The notes under the pieces are model-generated. The model saw only the letters and a program-made list of their open reading frames with translations, was not told the DNA's origin and did no database searches. A stretch of DNA of 60,063 bases, counting the filler, from Hausera hauseri (lineage: Eukaryota), in assembly GCA_046269625.1 (NCBI GenBank). It is 11 parts of 11 records of this genome, joined end to end, with 100 filler letters (N's around TTAATTAATTAA, not from the genome) between each part and the next. Parts side by side here need not be neighbours in the genome. Positions count along the whole stretch, not along the records: positions 8,052 to 12,074 come from JBJURY010811532.1; positions 12,175 to 21,068 come from JBJURY010508795.1; positions 21,169 to 28,053 come from JBJURY010055217.1; 8 more parts are not named here. One strand, given 5' to 3'. Numbering within the stretch: the first letter of the stretch is position 1; every line of letters starts with the position of its first letter. A program made the translations under genes and the position numbers. This document shows positions 11,184 to 25,480 of the stretch, in pieces.

Positions 11184-12174
11184 TATATTGCATATATTAC
11201 CTTATATAGTGCATAGGTGAATAATCAGTTGTTATAGTAACTGAGTGCGAGTGATCACTGGTCATCAGAAACTGTCAAATGTCATATTTCTTTTAGGTCT
11301 AAGGTATGGTTCGCATAACCTTTCTTTGACAGTTTGAGTGATGCGGTTTCTCATTAGCCTTCTCGTAAATACCGCAAGCCATTAATTGAATGATTTTTAT
11401 CATTGTTGCATAACCACAACATTTTGATTCCATATTTTCAGGCTGACTTGGAAGTTACTGTTTGCATAACACTTCCTCACAGAGGGATAAGCAGTTAGTC
11501 GATACTATTTTGGACAGTATTTTTTCAGCAATTTACTATCGATTTAGTTGAATCTGTTTGAATCTATTTTTACTCTGAGTTGATCTAAATATTCAGTTTC
11601 TGAGAGGTAAATGCGTGTTTCGTTAAATTCATGGAAAGGAGGTCAAACGGTAATGGCTGTACATCGTTGTTTGTATTTCCTCTAGCATCGTCCAGAATCC
11701 CATTAAAATCGGATTCAAAGGCCTTAATAACAGCATCTCGAATAATCTCACAGGATACCGTATTCTGAAACCATCTGCAATTCGCGCCAAACATGCAACA
11801 TCTCATCTCCACTATTACAGACAAATCTTTCTTTTTGACCAGCATAGGTACAAAAGCAAAAAGTGGTTAGTAGTCTTAATTGCAGATTCAATTTGCTGTT
11901 CGAGTCTTTGAACCTCTTGTTCAAAGGTTTCGTACTTTCATTGATAATGAGCAATCGATTTGACATCACGCCCATCGTCTTCGTGTATAACTAATTTCCT
12001 CTCTTGTATGTGGTGTAACAAATCCTGACAATCGCTCAGGAAGTTATGTAAATCACACGCGGTTTTAAGTAACTNNNNNNNNNNNNNNNNNNNNNNNNNN
12101 NNNNNNNNNNNNNNNNNNTTAATTAATTAANNNNNNNNNNNNNNNNNNNNNNNNNNNNNNNNNNNNNNNNNNNN

Positions 12175-15100
12175 GGAGCTTGGAGTAGGTTCTGGTAAAG
12201 GAGTAGGAATAGGGGTCGGACTGTAAGGGGGTGCAGGGGGTGTAGGAACTGAAAAGGGAAAAGGCGAAGGAGTCAAAAAAGGGGTAGAAGAGTCCATTTG
12301 GAGGGAATTGTCTATAAAAAATGAATGCTTAACGTTGTTAATAAGCATCGCTAGTTCCTTACGACTTTAGAAAAAATAGCATTGTGAGAGTGCAGTTGGA
12401 CGAGTTTTGAACTTTGCAGAATATAAATCGTCGGGTAGGTACAATTTATTATTATGTATTATTCGGCAGAATGAATCTTTGCTGACTGAGACAAAATGAT
12501 TCTGTGCCGTTTGGATATATTCGTCTGTAGATGTATCTTCCAAGGCAGTAAGCTCGAATAATGAACGTACGGGTGCTTCAAATAGGGCTTCCGTAGGTGA
12601 AAAACCTGTAGAAGTGGAAGGAGTGTTTCGCCAATGTAGTAGAACTAACGGAAGGATGGTTGCCCAACTGCTATTGGATTCAGCGAGAATTCTCATTGAC
12701 GTTTTCAGTGTTCTGTGGTATCTCTCTAGAAGACAATTTGATTGGGGATGATACGGTGTTGTGTGTATATGGCTGATTCCTAATCAGTTAACGAGTGATT
12801 TAAACAAGTTAGACTCAAACTGAGTACCTTGGTCTGTAATAATGAACCTAGGGGATCCAAACCTGCTGATCCAAATGCGTATGAAAACGCTAACTATTTT
12901 GTCCGTGTTAGTACTTCGCAGAGAGCGGCTTCTGGCCATCATAAGGAACGATCCATCATGGTCAAAATGAACTGATGACTGTTGTCAGGAGGGAGAGGGC
13001 CAATAAGATCTATATGTGCGGACTCGAAACGCGATGTGCAAGGGAAATGATATAATGGTGGCTTCAAATGCTTGATAGTTTTAAATTTCTAGCAGGCCAC
13101 ACATTTCTTAACCCACGCTTGCACATCAGGAAGCATAGACGGCCTGTTTTTAAAAGGCAGGAGCTAAGATTACTTTGGACTGTCCTGGTTTAGACGTGTC
13201 GAAAGATACTCCATCGATGATATTGCTGGAATTAAAAGATTTAAGGATGTCTTTAGGTGGTTGGTTTTCCTGAAGCTGGCTGAGTAAAAATGGGCTTAAA
13301 GTTAATTGAGCTAACTGACCGAGATAAAAAGTAGGCGACTAAATTGCTAACGCCGTTGATATGTTTTATTTCAAAATTAAATGTCGACAAGTACGAAATC
13401 TGCCGTTCCTGTTGAGTAGAAGGATTTTTCATTCCCATGATGTCTATTAAGGGTTTGTGGTCAGTTTGCATGGTGAAACGCCGAGCAGTGAGCAAGTGTG
13501 AAAAATGTTTTAAGGCGAGAACTATCGCTAGTAGTTCTCGGTTGAACGTGGAGTATCTGGTTTCAGGTGGTGTTAGTTTGCGTGAAAAGAACTCCAGCGG
13601 CTGATTTTCTCCTCTATGAATCTTGTGTAGTACAGCGCCTATAGCGGTAGTAGAGGCGTCTGTAGTAAGGATAAGCTCATCGTCTGGTTTAGGGTATATT
13701 CTCTTGACTTATCGAACTTATCTAGCAGTTTCGGTGTTTACAGTATTGGATGGTGCTTTTCCCCGCTACTGAGGTAAGCAAAAGATGCGGTTAGGTCGGA
13801 GCAATATGGGACATATTTGTGGACGAAATGTACTGTACCCAGGAAGCTCCTCATTTCAGTGGTTGTACGCGACAATTGTACGTTTTTTAGGGCTTCGATA
13901 CGGTCAGGCTGAGGAGAATGTCCGTCGGGGGAGACAACGTGTCCGAGGAAATTTATGCGTCGTTTGAAGAAATGACATTTTCTAAAGTTTATCTGGAGGT
14001 TGTATTGGTGTAAACGGTGAAAAATCGATCGTAGATATTTCTCATGCTGATTGATGGATGAAGAAACAACTAGAATGTCATCAATGTAAGGATAAGCATA
14101 AGGAAGATCAGAAAGAATTGCACCTATGTGACGCTGGAAAGTTTTTACGGCATTTCATAGGCCAAAATGCATATATAAATTTTCATAAAGGCCGAAAGGT
14201 GTGGTAACGGCGGTTTTTTCGATATCTTCGGATGACACCGGGATTTGGTAATAAACCTTGGCCAAGTCAATAGTGGAATAGATTATGGTGGAATTGAGAC
14301 GACGTAATGTGTCTTTTATCAATGGTAAGGAGTACGCGTCTATTATAGTCAAAGAATTTAGCTTCCGATAATCACCACATGGTCGCCACGATCCGTCCTT
14401 TTTTGCACGACACGTAGAGAAGAAGGCCATGGCGACTTTGATCGGCGTACAATTCCGCAGCGTTCAAGGTCTGCGAATTCGGCTTTAACCGCATGTCTGC
14501 ATCTGGACGATAATGGTCGTACCTTTTGGCGGATAGGTCTTTGATGTTGTATTATAATATAGTAAAATGTGGTATTTGCTAGTGTAAAAGACCTGTCTTT
14601 TTGAATTATTCTAGAAGATACGTTGATAAGTTGCTGCAGACTTGCAGGTAATTGTGAAAAGTTTGGCGGAAGCGAGGTTGTTGTATCAGTAACTGTAGCA
14701 ATTTGTGAGTCCTTTGGTGATCGAAAATAAAGTTGTATTCAATGCAGGATGGTTGTATTAAAGATGGTGTTGCAGATGGTAGTTGTATCTACTGATTTGG
14801 CAGTGGTAACGGAATCACGTGCATCTCCGTGCAATCCCCAATTGTCAGTAATATTGTTCTTCAATAATTTATAAAACAAATGACCATGATTGTAAAAAAA
14901 GTGGTTTGTTCAACGGTTTTTTAATACCGGTTTTCGACTTACATTCACCTGCACGATAGAGGAAATGGTATCGACATGATCAAATCGCTCTTTATTGCAA
15001 CCACTTGCTAAGCAACGTTGTTTGTAATCGACAATGAGATTATAGTGCGAAAGAAAGTCGGATTCTAAAATGGTTGTCTGGACGTTTGCAACGGTAAACG

Positions 15101-16461
15101 GCCAGTGAAACATTGAAGTAGATGTCGGAAGGGTAAAAGAAAGCTTGCATGCACCGGAAACGTGTAATGGTTGTCTGGAAGCTGTAAATAGAGGTTTATA
15201 TTTGGATAAAGTGTATTGAGTTGGAAAGGTGAGCGGCAGTAAAGAAATCGCTGCACCTGAATCGATAATGATGTCTATGTGGCGAGTTGTTGGTAACTTA
15301 GTTACTGCTTTTACTGTAAATATAGAGAACGAAAGTTTTCGGCTGGTAGGAACTGGAGAATGGCTTTCGCCAGAACTCGCCGTAAGCTCTGGCGGATGTC
15401 AGAAAGTAAGAGAGAACGTCCGACGTTCGAATGTTGAGTTCTGCTTCTAAAGGTACAACCAGAGATACACTTATGTGCATCATGCTTAATCTTTTCGTGA
15501 TAAATGTAAATAGCGTTGTTAACGTGATACTTTTTGGTGTAAAATCGGCACTCGAGATGATATTTTTGTGCTTTATGAGGCAATCTATCATGGTAAAAAC
15601 AGATCAACGATCGCGTAGGAGAAGGTGATCGACATCTAGGTACAGAGCGTGTGCGATCGTAGACGGAACCCCTTTGTTGAGTCATTGAGATTTCATTTAA
15701 TCTATCGTTGATATTGTTTATTGTATTATGTAGGGCTGTGTTTTCGGCCCGCTGCTGTTATATTTGATATTCTAATGTGTTGTCGTTTGCTGTAAGCGCT
15801 GCAGAAATGATAGGCTGTGTGTTTAGGTTTAAGACCTCGTACGATTTGTATGCAAGTTCGACTAACGTATCTAGCGCCGTCGATTCCTCGACGACGGTAA
15901 GCAGGGCCCAGATCTGAATCTGTAATGCGTTTAAAAAGTAACGTCGTAAGAGATCAGAATTATTTTGTTTTGTAACGCCCAATGTTTACAGTTGAGCGAA
16001 AGAGGTTCTGAGAAAATCGGATGGCTTTGTGTACCCATAGCGTTATCATTGAAGAATCTATGGATTATGGAATCCATAGACGGTTCCATGAGTTTTAAAA
16101 CTGCGTTATAGAGATGGGTGTACGGGTCGGATTGTTGAAAGATGTCTAAAATATCGTGAAGAGAAGTCTTTACTGTGTTTGGTAAGAGGCAAAGTAAGAT
16201 ATAAGCTTTGGCTGAGGGATCAGTAATGTTGTTAGACTGCAGCCAAAGTTTATGAAAGTCAAGCCATGTTTTGCTGGACTTTTCATGGTCAATACAGTAT
16301 TCTGCGCACTGAGAAGAAGTGTGTTTGGCTGGCGGGATGGTAGATGTAAAAGTGGTAAAAGTTGATGGCGTGGTGACGGTCGTTGAATTTTGGCGAAAAG
16401 TGAAGGGTGTTGGTTTAGAGTTAGTTTTATCAGTAGTGTCAGTGGTGAGCGAAAAATTCAT
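12175..16461 (-). mobile_element. Decayed Ty3/gypsy LTR retrotransposon, CsRn1/Kabuki-like clade (gag-PR-RT-RH-IN)
   Basis: Gag 'SKTWLDFHKLWLQSNNIT...DPYTHLYNAVL' with degenerate CHCC knuckle 'CFYHDRLPHKAQKYHLEC'; protease 'IIIDSGAAISLLP' (~15260); RT 'KKDGSWRPCGDYRKLN' and 'YIDD'; RNase H 'TDAS' and 'TDHKPL'; integrase 'TTPYHPQSN'. Confidence 0.92.
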
Positions 16462-18630
16462 GCCACCACGGATACGAATGTGTACGTGAATAATGACATA
16501 TTGGATTTAAGGAACAGAAAGGTTGCAAAAATTGACATTAATTACAGGTAGATTGTTGTAAGTGAGGTAAAAGTCAGAGATATTAATGAAGTGTAGTACA
16601 TAATTGTGCAAGTAGGATGCGTCTGTAAGATACATTATTCTGTGTCCGGATAGCTGGTAATTATTTAGCAAAAAAAGAAAAGAGTGTTGGTGTAGGTCCT
16701 ATTAAGTGATATGGTGAAGGAACGAACCATTGAGTAACACCCACTGACATAGGAAAAACGGCCGGACAGTCGTTCACACTGTAATGTACCCGAACACCCG
16801 GGGTGACCGGGTACCCTCCGGTGGGTACAGTGACAGATATATTTTGTTTCAATTGTACAATCTTATTGCCCTCGGGAAAAGCAATTAACTGGATAGTATC
16901 AGTAGAAACTTTGTCAATCAGTGGCATTGTCGAAAGAATAAAAGTCTTGACGTACCCAGTAGATGTCGTTGACAAATGAGTGTCGAAAATTCCAAGATTG
17001 CACAAAAAATTGGTAATATTATGATCATACTTCCTGTAGTAAAATTCCAATATGAACCAGACTGCAGAACACATACAAAAGAAAACAAGGAATTTAAAAA
17101 TGATGTTGAATGCCAATCAAAATGAACGAGGGTGACCAGAAACTCAACAACACTGCTGCGCGTACTTCTGAACCATTCATATAGACTTATTCCATTACGA
17201 ACATATTGAACAAGAAACATCGATGATATCGATAAAACCATTTCCGCCAAATTACCACATGTATTGGGCAAAATCAAAAACAATATAACAAGGGAAGTAT
17301 CTCTTACTTTCTTTATCAGTTCCACGCGTATTTGGCCAGATAAGATGACTAAAATACTCTGAGTAATCGATGTTATCCGGTAATTTTATGTCAATAAAGG
17401 AAAGCAATTCCTTTCCGATGAATTGTGCACTGGTACAAATCAGTAGGAAAAAGTGAAACAACATCTGGATGGGACATATCGAAAGGTATTATAATTTCCC
17501 CGTCGTCAGAAAAATTGTCTATGGTAATAACTTTCCAACATCGTTGAATGTTAATAAGTATGAAACGGAATTTTTTAAACTTGGAGTATCTTTCAATATT
17601 GTCGAAAAAAACCAAATATTAGTTTCAACTTCACGTACGAAGTATGTTGGTAGAGAAGTAAAATCTGAGCCATAGTTTTAAAACATTTCTCGGAATTTGT
17701 ACAGTTGTAAAATAAGCCGAACAACGCAGCCCTCCATGCAGATAAATTGTAATACACCATGACAGCGATTGGAAATTTTTTTCCGGCGACAAAAAGCAAT
17801 AATTTAAGAACTTCAAGGGGGAAATTTCCTAATGTAAATTTCGAATCTAGATCGAAGTGTTGGTCGAAGATTGAATCAATACAGTTTACGCCAAACGATA
17901 GAGTTTGAAGGAATGTACGGAGTTGAGCAGTCAAAACAATACACCAGTTTTAATACGTTGAGAAATGTCGATAGAGTGGATGATGTGATAGTTAGCTTGT
18001 ATAATCTAACAATGGATATCAAACCACAAAAAATAATAGTATAGCGTGGTAGGATTTCGTTCTGAAGCTGTAAAAAGGAGCAAAACAGGTCATGATCGTA
18101 ATACTCAAACGTATCATGACGATAATACAAGTTAAGGACTGTCGATAACGATCGTAAGATATCGTTAGGCCGCAATATGGAAAAGGCGATATGCAAATAT
18201 GACAAGATATATTGTACTACCGGAGACTGAAAATCATATACAACAAATATGGCAACAGGCGGAAATAAAATTTATCTGTAAAAGATATGAAAAAAACAGC
18301 TGCCGACGAATTTGCAACCAATAATTAATCTTACCCTGTCGTACACTAGTTTCTCGAACGAGTACAGCGTAGAAGTGTCCATAAACACAGTATATGGCCT
18401 TGTAATTTCTGGTATGCAACATCGCCAAAACGGAACTGATAGGACCATTGACCGAATGCTTCAAGTTCCATTCGTATCTCGTATATTATCAACGACAACT
18501 CACCATGTGCCACAATGGTGTCATTGAGGCAAAGGGTTGCCATCGGCCAGAATCTGAGTTGCACAACAGATCTGGCACAATCTGCCCTAAATCGTGCTAA
18601 CGCAGTCGGTAAACACATATTGAGAATGAT

Positions 18631-21068
18631 TTAGACGATCGTGATCAAATTTTCCGTATGCATCTGTTCAATGCTGTCTTCCTCAAGTTCCATAAAGTCG
18701 AATACCCTTTTAACATTAGCATTTTCACATCTCTGCAAAATATCCTCGAAATGAGGAATCTGATGCAAAAGCGAATCACGATGCCACTGTGCCTGAGTTA
18801 TCATCTGTACTAATTCCCGCCGCCAGTTTCGGACATCAACACAGGCTTGAATGAATCTGATACGTTTCACTAATATTTGATTGAGACGTTCTCTAAGTTC
18901 AGCTGCTCTAATTGGAATACAAAGAAAAGGGGAGTGAAGTATTATACTGGCGTTGATCTTTGGATCTGCTAAACTTCTCTTGTCCAACGATGCCATTTGA
19001 AGAAACGGTCGAATTTTCGATAAGATAACATCTTCACTATGCCAAATTAGGAGATTTTCAAAGTCATCGGCACCGCAAAAAAATTCTAATAACCCTTTTA
19101 CTTTTGAATTGGCCCGCAGTGAATTGCTGAACATTTCGAATGTGGCATAATGAATGTAATAAAATACAGCGATCATTCCTAAATTGAATAGTGTTACATC
19201 AATATCATCTTTGACTGTTATGTATTGTGACTTTTCAAAATCGTTAAGTGTTCTCAACGAGTTCACTAAGATGATCACTTAAATGGTGATGACTGACACC
19301 GCCCAATTGATAATAATTCGGATTCTTTGTCATTCGGTAATAAATGAACGTCCATGTCAAATAATCTGCTGCATCTTGTTTGTTCTCAATCGTTTTTCTA
19401 AGGACCTCAGCATTAAAATGATCATGCAAATGATGACCTAAATGAGACTGAAGCGGTAGCGGTTCACAAAGGAATTTATCAGTAAAATCCTTCTTATTAA
19501 TCTGACGCATAATTATTGCCCTGGCATCGTCATATTGGACGCTATTTGTACTACCGATCATCTGGGTCAAATCAACAGCTGCATAATCATTGTACATATA
19601 ATCTTTGCCACTGTAAACTGGAGTATCCATGACAATAACCAAATGACCATTTGATGGAATTGACCAACACAAACTATAACTAACAACCAATATTTGAATA
19701 AAATGATTCGAAAACAGTTCCAGCATTTGATTGCGTTCATTATGAGACAGAGTTTGATGAATTAAAGCAATGCCGAATGTTAAAGTTTCAATTTGAATTT
19801 CATTGGTAATTTTGGCCATATATTCTTTCAATTGTGTTTCTGTTGCTCCAGTGAAATTCTGCTTATCGGACAATGCAAATCCCATCAGATTGAATTCTGT
19901 TATTTCTGTCTGCCTCATTGTTGGTGTAAAAATAATTATGGAACTATTCGTTGGAGTTCTAATTACAGATTGATAAATTGGTCCCGTCATAGCATTCAAC
20001 CGAGTAGCCGTAGGAGCAATGTTAAAATTCGTTAATTCAATATTAATTGGACAATGACGGACATTTGGATAGAAATTATACGTTGCCGCATTACTGCAAT
20101 CCAACCATTCACCAACATCTATGGCATTACTGATTGAATAAGACAAACCGATTAATCGTATTGGATTTTCAAGTTGTGAACTCATATATCTAGTTCTTGA
20201 ACACAAGTTCAAGTGTACTTCCATTGTGGTGACTATCGAGCAAGTGCAAATAATCTATGATAAACAAATTGATATTTTGAAGGCCTTTCTGTTCTTCCAA
20301 CGTCGAGACAACACATACCATTTTTCTGCCGGTGCTACAACAATATTTGCTTTGGCAATCATCCGTATATCGACATTCGTATTTCCTGTTAATTTAACAT
20401 TTTTTTTCAAACTACCGAATGTTTTCTTCCATTTACCATAGCCAATTTTAGCCGTTTCTTCAATTGCAGATATATAAACACAGTGACCTTCTGGTCCGTT
20501 AGAAAACAATCGCATAGTGGCAAATTCGGCACATTCCGTTTTCCAACTTCCCGTTGGTGCACCGAGAAAGACATTTTCATCGGAATTATACAATGATTCA
20601 AAACATTGCGTTTGAATTGCATTGATATTCTTCATTCGGTTGTTGTAAAATTGTTCGAATTCTTCATTTCTTAACACCTTAAATGGGAATTTATGCAAAT
20701 CAAGTAATTCCGTTGGCGGATGATTCTTCGACGGTAAAATTATTTTGAAAAACGTTAAAGGTATTTCCGTTTCAGATGCCAACCAGCGATCGGAGACAGC
20801 ACGAATAAAATAGAGCGGCGGTAATGGTTCAAACATTGGCACAAAGAATGTCAAAATACGGTCGTCATCTATAAATCGTTGTGTTAGTACAAAATATTCG
20901 TGATGTAAAATACTTTCACCCATAACATCCTCAACGAATATCCAAAATGCCTGCGAATTACCGTGATGTTTATCATTCTAACCAAAATCCGCGGTAATCG
21001 TCAATTCAACTTTCATCGTACTGCGTTGTATCGACTGTAAATGGCATTTCAATCTCAATATCGGTATA
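18631..21068 (-). pseudogene. SNRNP200: U5 snRNP 200-kDa helicase Brr2, C-terminal cassette fragment, intronless and frameshifted
   Basis: 'ILHHEYFVL', 'FEPLPPLYFIRAVSDRWL', 'PPTELLDL', Walker A degenerated to 'GAPTGSWKT', 'DAADYLTWTFIYYRMTKNPNYY', 'HLSDHLSELVENT', Sec63-like tail. Split over three ORFs with internal deletions. Confidence 0.9.
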
Positions 21069-21168
21069 NNNNNNNNNNNNNNNNNNNNNNNNNNNNNNNN
21101 NNNNNNNNNNNNTTAATTAATTAANNNNNNNNNNNNNNNNNNNNNNNNNNNNNNNNNNNNNNNNNNNN

Positions 21169-22030
21169 ATCCTCCATACTCTGTTTTCTGGGTAATAAGT
21201 CCGCAAATGTTTATTCGGTTTATTCTGTCGTACTTCATAGAGGTCAAATTTTATTTTGAATTCTTGGTTTACGGGTAGCTTACAACATTTGTGTCGCACA
21301 CCGGCATGAACAGAACAATATTGTATTTTTGGAATTTTTCCATTTACTGCTTCGAAAACAATACTAATCTCTTGACCCTGAGTCAATCCTCTTTGAACAT
21401 TTACCTGGATGCATTGTTTTTCCTTATCTACTGAAATCGTTTTGATATTTTCCTCTAATAGACTTATATTTGGGTCAGTAGATTTTAGCATTTCGCCGAG
21501 TTTCACTTCGAATCGTTTGATCAAAGTGGAAATAACTAACTGAAGTTGTGGGTTTATTTCGATATAGACTTCCGATGAGTCGGATAAGTATAGTTGGTAA
21601 GTAAGGGTATAGATGTGCCCGAAACCTACGTCGCAGCACTGCTTATAATATCCGGATTCAAAATCGCAGTTTATCGCCTATTTTGTTGTTACATCGTATA
21701 GTATCACTTGAAATCTTCCGAAATCGTGATGTGGTTTCCATGTTTTAAATCCAATGCACACAGAATCGCGCGAAAAGTACTGAGCCTTCATTGATTGTAA
21801 CAAAATAGTGTCTTCGCGTTTTTGGATCTCTTCAGCTGTTGGTTTCTTCTTCGCTATGGCATTTTTTGCCTTTAGTCCACTTTTCCGTATTCCGTATACG
21901 TCTCCTAGCGTAGATTCATCGTCCCACCATTGAGTTTGTGTTCTTGGAGTATACGAAGCAATTAACGATAGTGCTAAAGCTATCTGAACGTATGATATCG
22001 GTCTAGCAATTATTGAAAAGGTTTTTATCT
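21169..22030 (-). pseudogene. Post-integrase Cys-rich FN3-like membrane protein, N-terminal part (homologue of 5566-7290 and 46788-48094)
   Basis: 'HYNLR' integrase-end motif, then signal 'RPISYVQIALALSLIASY' and repeats 'CDFESGYYKQCCDVGFGHIY' and 'YCSVHAGVRHKCCKLPVNQEF'. Confidence 0.75.
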
Positions 22031-25000
22031 CGTGTTGGCGTAAATTGTAGTGTTTATTGAGCCGTATCTCCGTCTTAACAACTCTGTACAGACACGACTT
22101 CTTCCTTCCTGTTTTTGTTAATGTATATCGTGGTCGGCATAGTTCTGGTAATTTCGTATGCCCTCTATCTGTACGAGTCAATTTTAACGACGTACCCTCC
22201 TTGTTCTAAATTATGCAGTTTCGTTTTCTTATCATATTGTTTTTTTAATTGTTCTTGATATTCTTTGGATAACTCCTTGGCGATTTCCCAACATTTTTGT
22301 AGTCGCGTCTTTAATACTTTTGCAAAATGTTGTTTTAAATCTTCGGAATTGACCGTGTATGGTGTCATTCCTAAGTCTGTGGGTAACATAGTTTCTCGTC
22401 AATACATCATGAAAAATGGCGTAAATCCTGTTGCCGGATGTGGGGTGGTATTGATTGCAAATTGAATTCCTTCTAAGAATTCGTCCCAATCTTTTTGGTC
22501 CTTAGCTACTACTGTTGATAGTATGTGTATGACAGTTACATTTATTCGTTCAACCATTCCATTACACTAAGGATGATACGCAGTTGTGGTTAACCTTTCG
22601 ACTTCGAATATTTTGCTAATCTTCTCGAATAGTTCACTGGTAAAATTTCTCCCTCGATCTGTCAATATTTGGTCTGGCGGTCCATATCGGCAAATGATTC
22701 TTCTAACTACATCTTCAGCCAAGTTTTCCGCCTTTTGATCAATTAATACTATAAATTGTACAAAATGAGTTAGTCGATCAATACAGGTCAAAATATATTT
22801 ATTGTTTTTGTGGGTCGTAGGGAGCGGTCCTACAATATCCATCGGCATGGCTTGCATAGGTCTGTCTAGTACGAGAATTGGTTTTAGCTCTGCCATGTAG
22901 TTCTTTGTCCTTTTCTGTTTAGTTGCGCATGCTTCGCAAGCATTTACCCTATTCTTTACATCAATATAGATACTGGGCCAAAAATATTTGTTCAATATAC
23001 TTTCCAACGTTTTTTTCCATGACATATGTCCTGCTAAATATGAATCATGTTCTGCCATTAAAACTTCGGTTCGTAAAACTTTTGGAATAACTATCAGTTT
23101 CCTTCCTTTACGTTCATAATATAAAATATCTTCGCCTCTTTTGACAATCAAGATGCAGTATTTGTGTCCGTGACGGTGTAAATGTTTCTTTAATTGTCGT
23201 ACTTTCGGTTCGATGTCCCTTTTGGCAAATTCTATGATCTGCTGAATAATTTTATCTTTTTTTTGTTCAATTGAGATTTTGATTGCCTTTTCCAGTGTCA
23301 GATTGCGTTAGCGATCTATTATTTCCTCGAGTTGAGTTTTTTTCATAACAGTAATAGCACTCGTCTTAGTTTTTAATCTTGATAGTGCGTCGGCATCTAC
23401 ATGCTTATTTTCTGGCTTATACTGAAATTTGATATTGTACCTAGAGATTTCTTCGACCCATCTGTTAAGTCTGCATGTCGGGTTATTTGCTCACCCTTTT
23501 AAATTCGCAACGGCTTTGTGGTCAGTGACAATTATAATTTTCTGTTTGTACACATAAACGTTAAAATGTCGCAGCGCTTCTTTAACGGCCATGGTTTCCA
23601 ATTCAGTGACGGAATAATTCTTCTCGGCCTTTTTTAAGGAACGTCCTCCATAAGCGATTGGGTGTTCCAATTCTTCATCTTCTCTTTTCTGGGCTAATTC
23701 GTATCCAATACCTTCTTTACTTGCATCTGTCTTAATCATCAATGGCAAATTGAAGTCTGGATATAGTAGAACTGGTTCGCTTGTTGGAATTTTCTTCATT
23801 TCGTCGAAAGCCTTTTGTTCGACATCTGTCCATTTCCATTTAATTCCTTTTTAAGTAGACGATATAAGGGTGCATTTATTTTCCAGTTGTCCGGTACATA
23901 AGTGGCATAATACCCACAGAGACTTAACCAATGCCTTAACTCCTTCTGATTTTTTGGCTCTATGCATCTGATATTTTGTTTAATAATGATTTATCTGGTT
24001 TTGATCCTTCTTCTTCAAGTATATGGACAGGGTAGAATACTGGATTTTGAGTCCATTTACATTTCTTCGGATTTAATTTAATCCGGTCTGTTCTAGTCGC
24101 ATGAGCGTGTGTTCAATATCCTTCAAATGTTCCTCTTCTGTCTTTGACGCTATCATTACATTATCTAAATATGCAAAGGCACTGTTTTGTCCCATTAACA
24201 TTTTGTTCATCATTCTTGTAAAAATAGCTGGTCCGGTAGTAATACCGAACGTCATGATGTTGAATTCGTAGACGCCATCGTGTGGTTTAAATGCTGTTTT
24301 GTATCGATCCTCATCCTCAATTTCTACTTGCCAATATCCGTATTGTAAATCCAGAGTAGTGAACCATTTCGCTCCTGAGAGTCTATCTAGAGCCTCTTTT
24401 ACTGATGGCAATGGGATAGAATCTTTCACCATAAGATTATTTAATGCTCTGTAGTCAATAAAGAATCGATATTTTGTAGTACCTTTCTTTTTAACCATGA
24501 GGATTGATAAATACCAAGATCTATAGCTGGGCCTAATTATATCGGCCTTAAGCATCCGTTCGGCCTCTTTTGTTATCTTCGGTAGCAATGAATGAGGTGG
24601 AGGTTACTATTTCGGCATCTTCTGATCCTCAAGATCTATTTCTTCATTTGAACATTGCTTTTCTTAAGCGGAAGGGTCAATTTTAATGCTTTTGCCCTAC
24701 CTACATCCTCGTCGTCTTTGGCAATGATTGATATATAGCGACACAACAATTCATAAAATTGACAGTAAGATTCAAGTGAAAACTTAGTTTCAACATGAGG
24801 TGGGAATTCGGCATACTTGTAAGGCTTTTCTTCAATAGTTATAGACGACACTCTATACGTATCTCCTAAAGTAGTATAAGCATGAAGCTTAACGGGGGTC
24901 GGCGCATTATTTGCTATTCTGCTCGGTACGCGACCAGAGTGTACTCTTGTCAGTGTATTACTGAGTGTTATATTAGGGTTTAATGTCTCCTTAGGTTCGA

Positions 25001-25480
25001 AATATACTGGTTGATCGTCATCTTGTTGAACTTGCGCATAAATTATTATCTCTGTCCTCGGTGGAACATTTTCATCTACTGGTATCCACACTTCTCCAAG
25101 TTTCCTATCCTTAGCGTTTCTTTCGCTTTATTTGGTTTGATTTCTATTAATTTTCCTGCTTACAAATCAATTGCCATATTAGGTGATCTTTTCAGTAGAT
25201 CGCACCCTAGAACTACGTCTTCAGTTAATTGTTCATAATTGCAAATTCGTGACAGAAAAAGTGTCCAACTATTTGAACTTCTGGGTTCCATTTGAACATT
25301 GGTTTTGACATTTGGCCAAAAGCTCCTGTACTTCCTGGATCCTTTGTANNNNNNNNNNCTCTTAGCGTTTGGGGTATTGAACCATTCTTAATGTAAGACA
25401 TATCAGAACCATTATCGATTAATGCGTAAACTTCCCATTCTTCAATAATGATTTTGGCGAAGGTTCTTCCTTCTATTACT
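22030..25480 (-). mobile_element. Ty3/gypsy pol (PR-RT-RNase H-IN), decayed
   Basis: PR 'YALIDNGSDMSYI'; RT 'YRFFIDYRALN', 'LDLQYGYWQ', 'AYLDN'; RH 'KTDASKEGIG', 'TDHKA'; IN zinc finger 'HDSYLAGH...CEAC', 'MDIVGPLP', 'LTDRG', 'TTAYHP'. Confidence 0.95.

Noticed and set aside
11585-12074. Short minus-strand ORFs as a gene
   Set aside because: No recognisable motif; fragmented and at a contig edge.
16797-16812. tRNA-Trp primer binding site for the CsRn1-type element
   Set aside because: Reads CGGTCACCCCG rather than TGGTGACCCCG and no LTR end precedes it; reported only as a hairpin.
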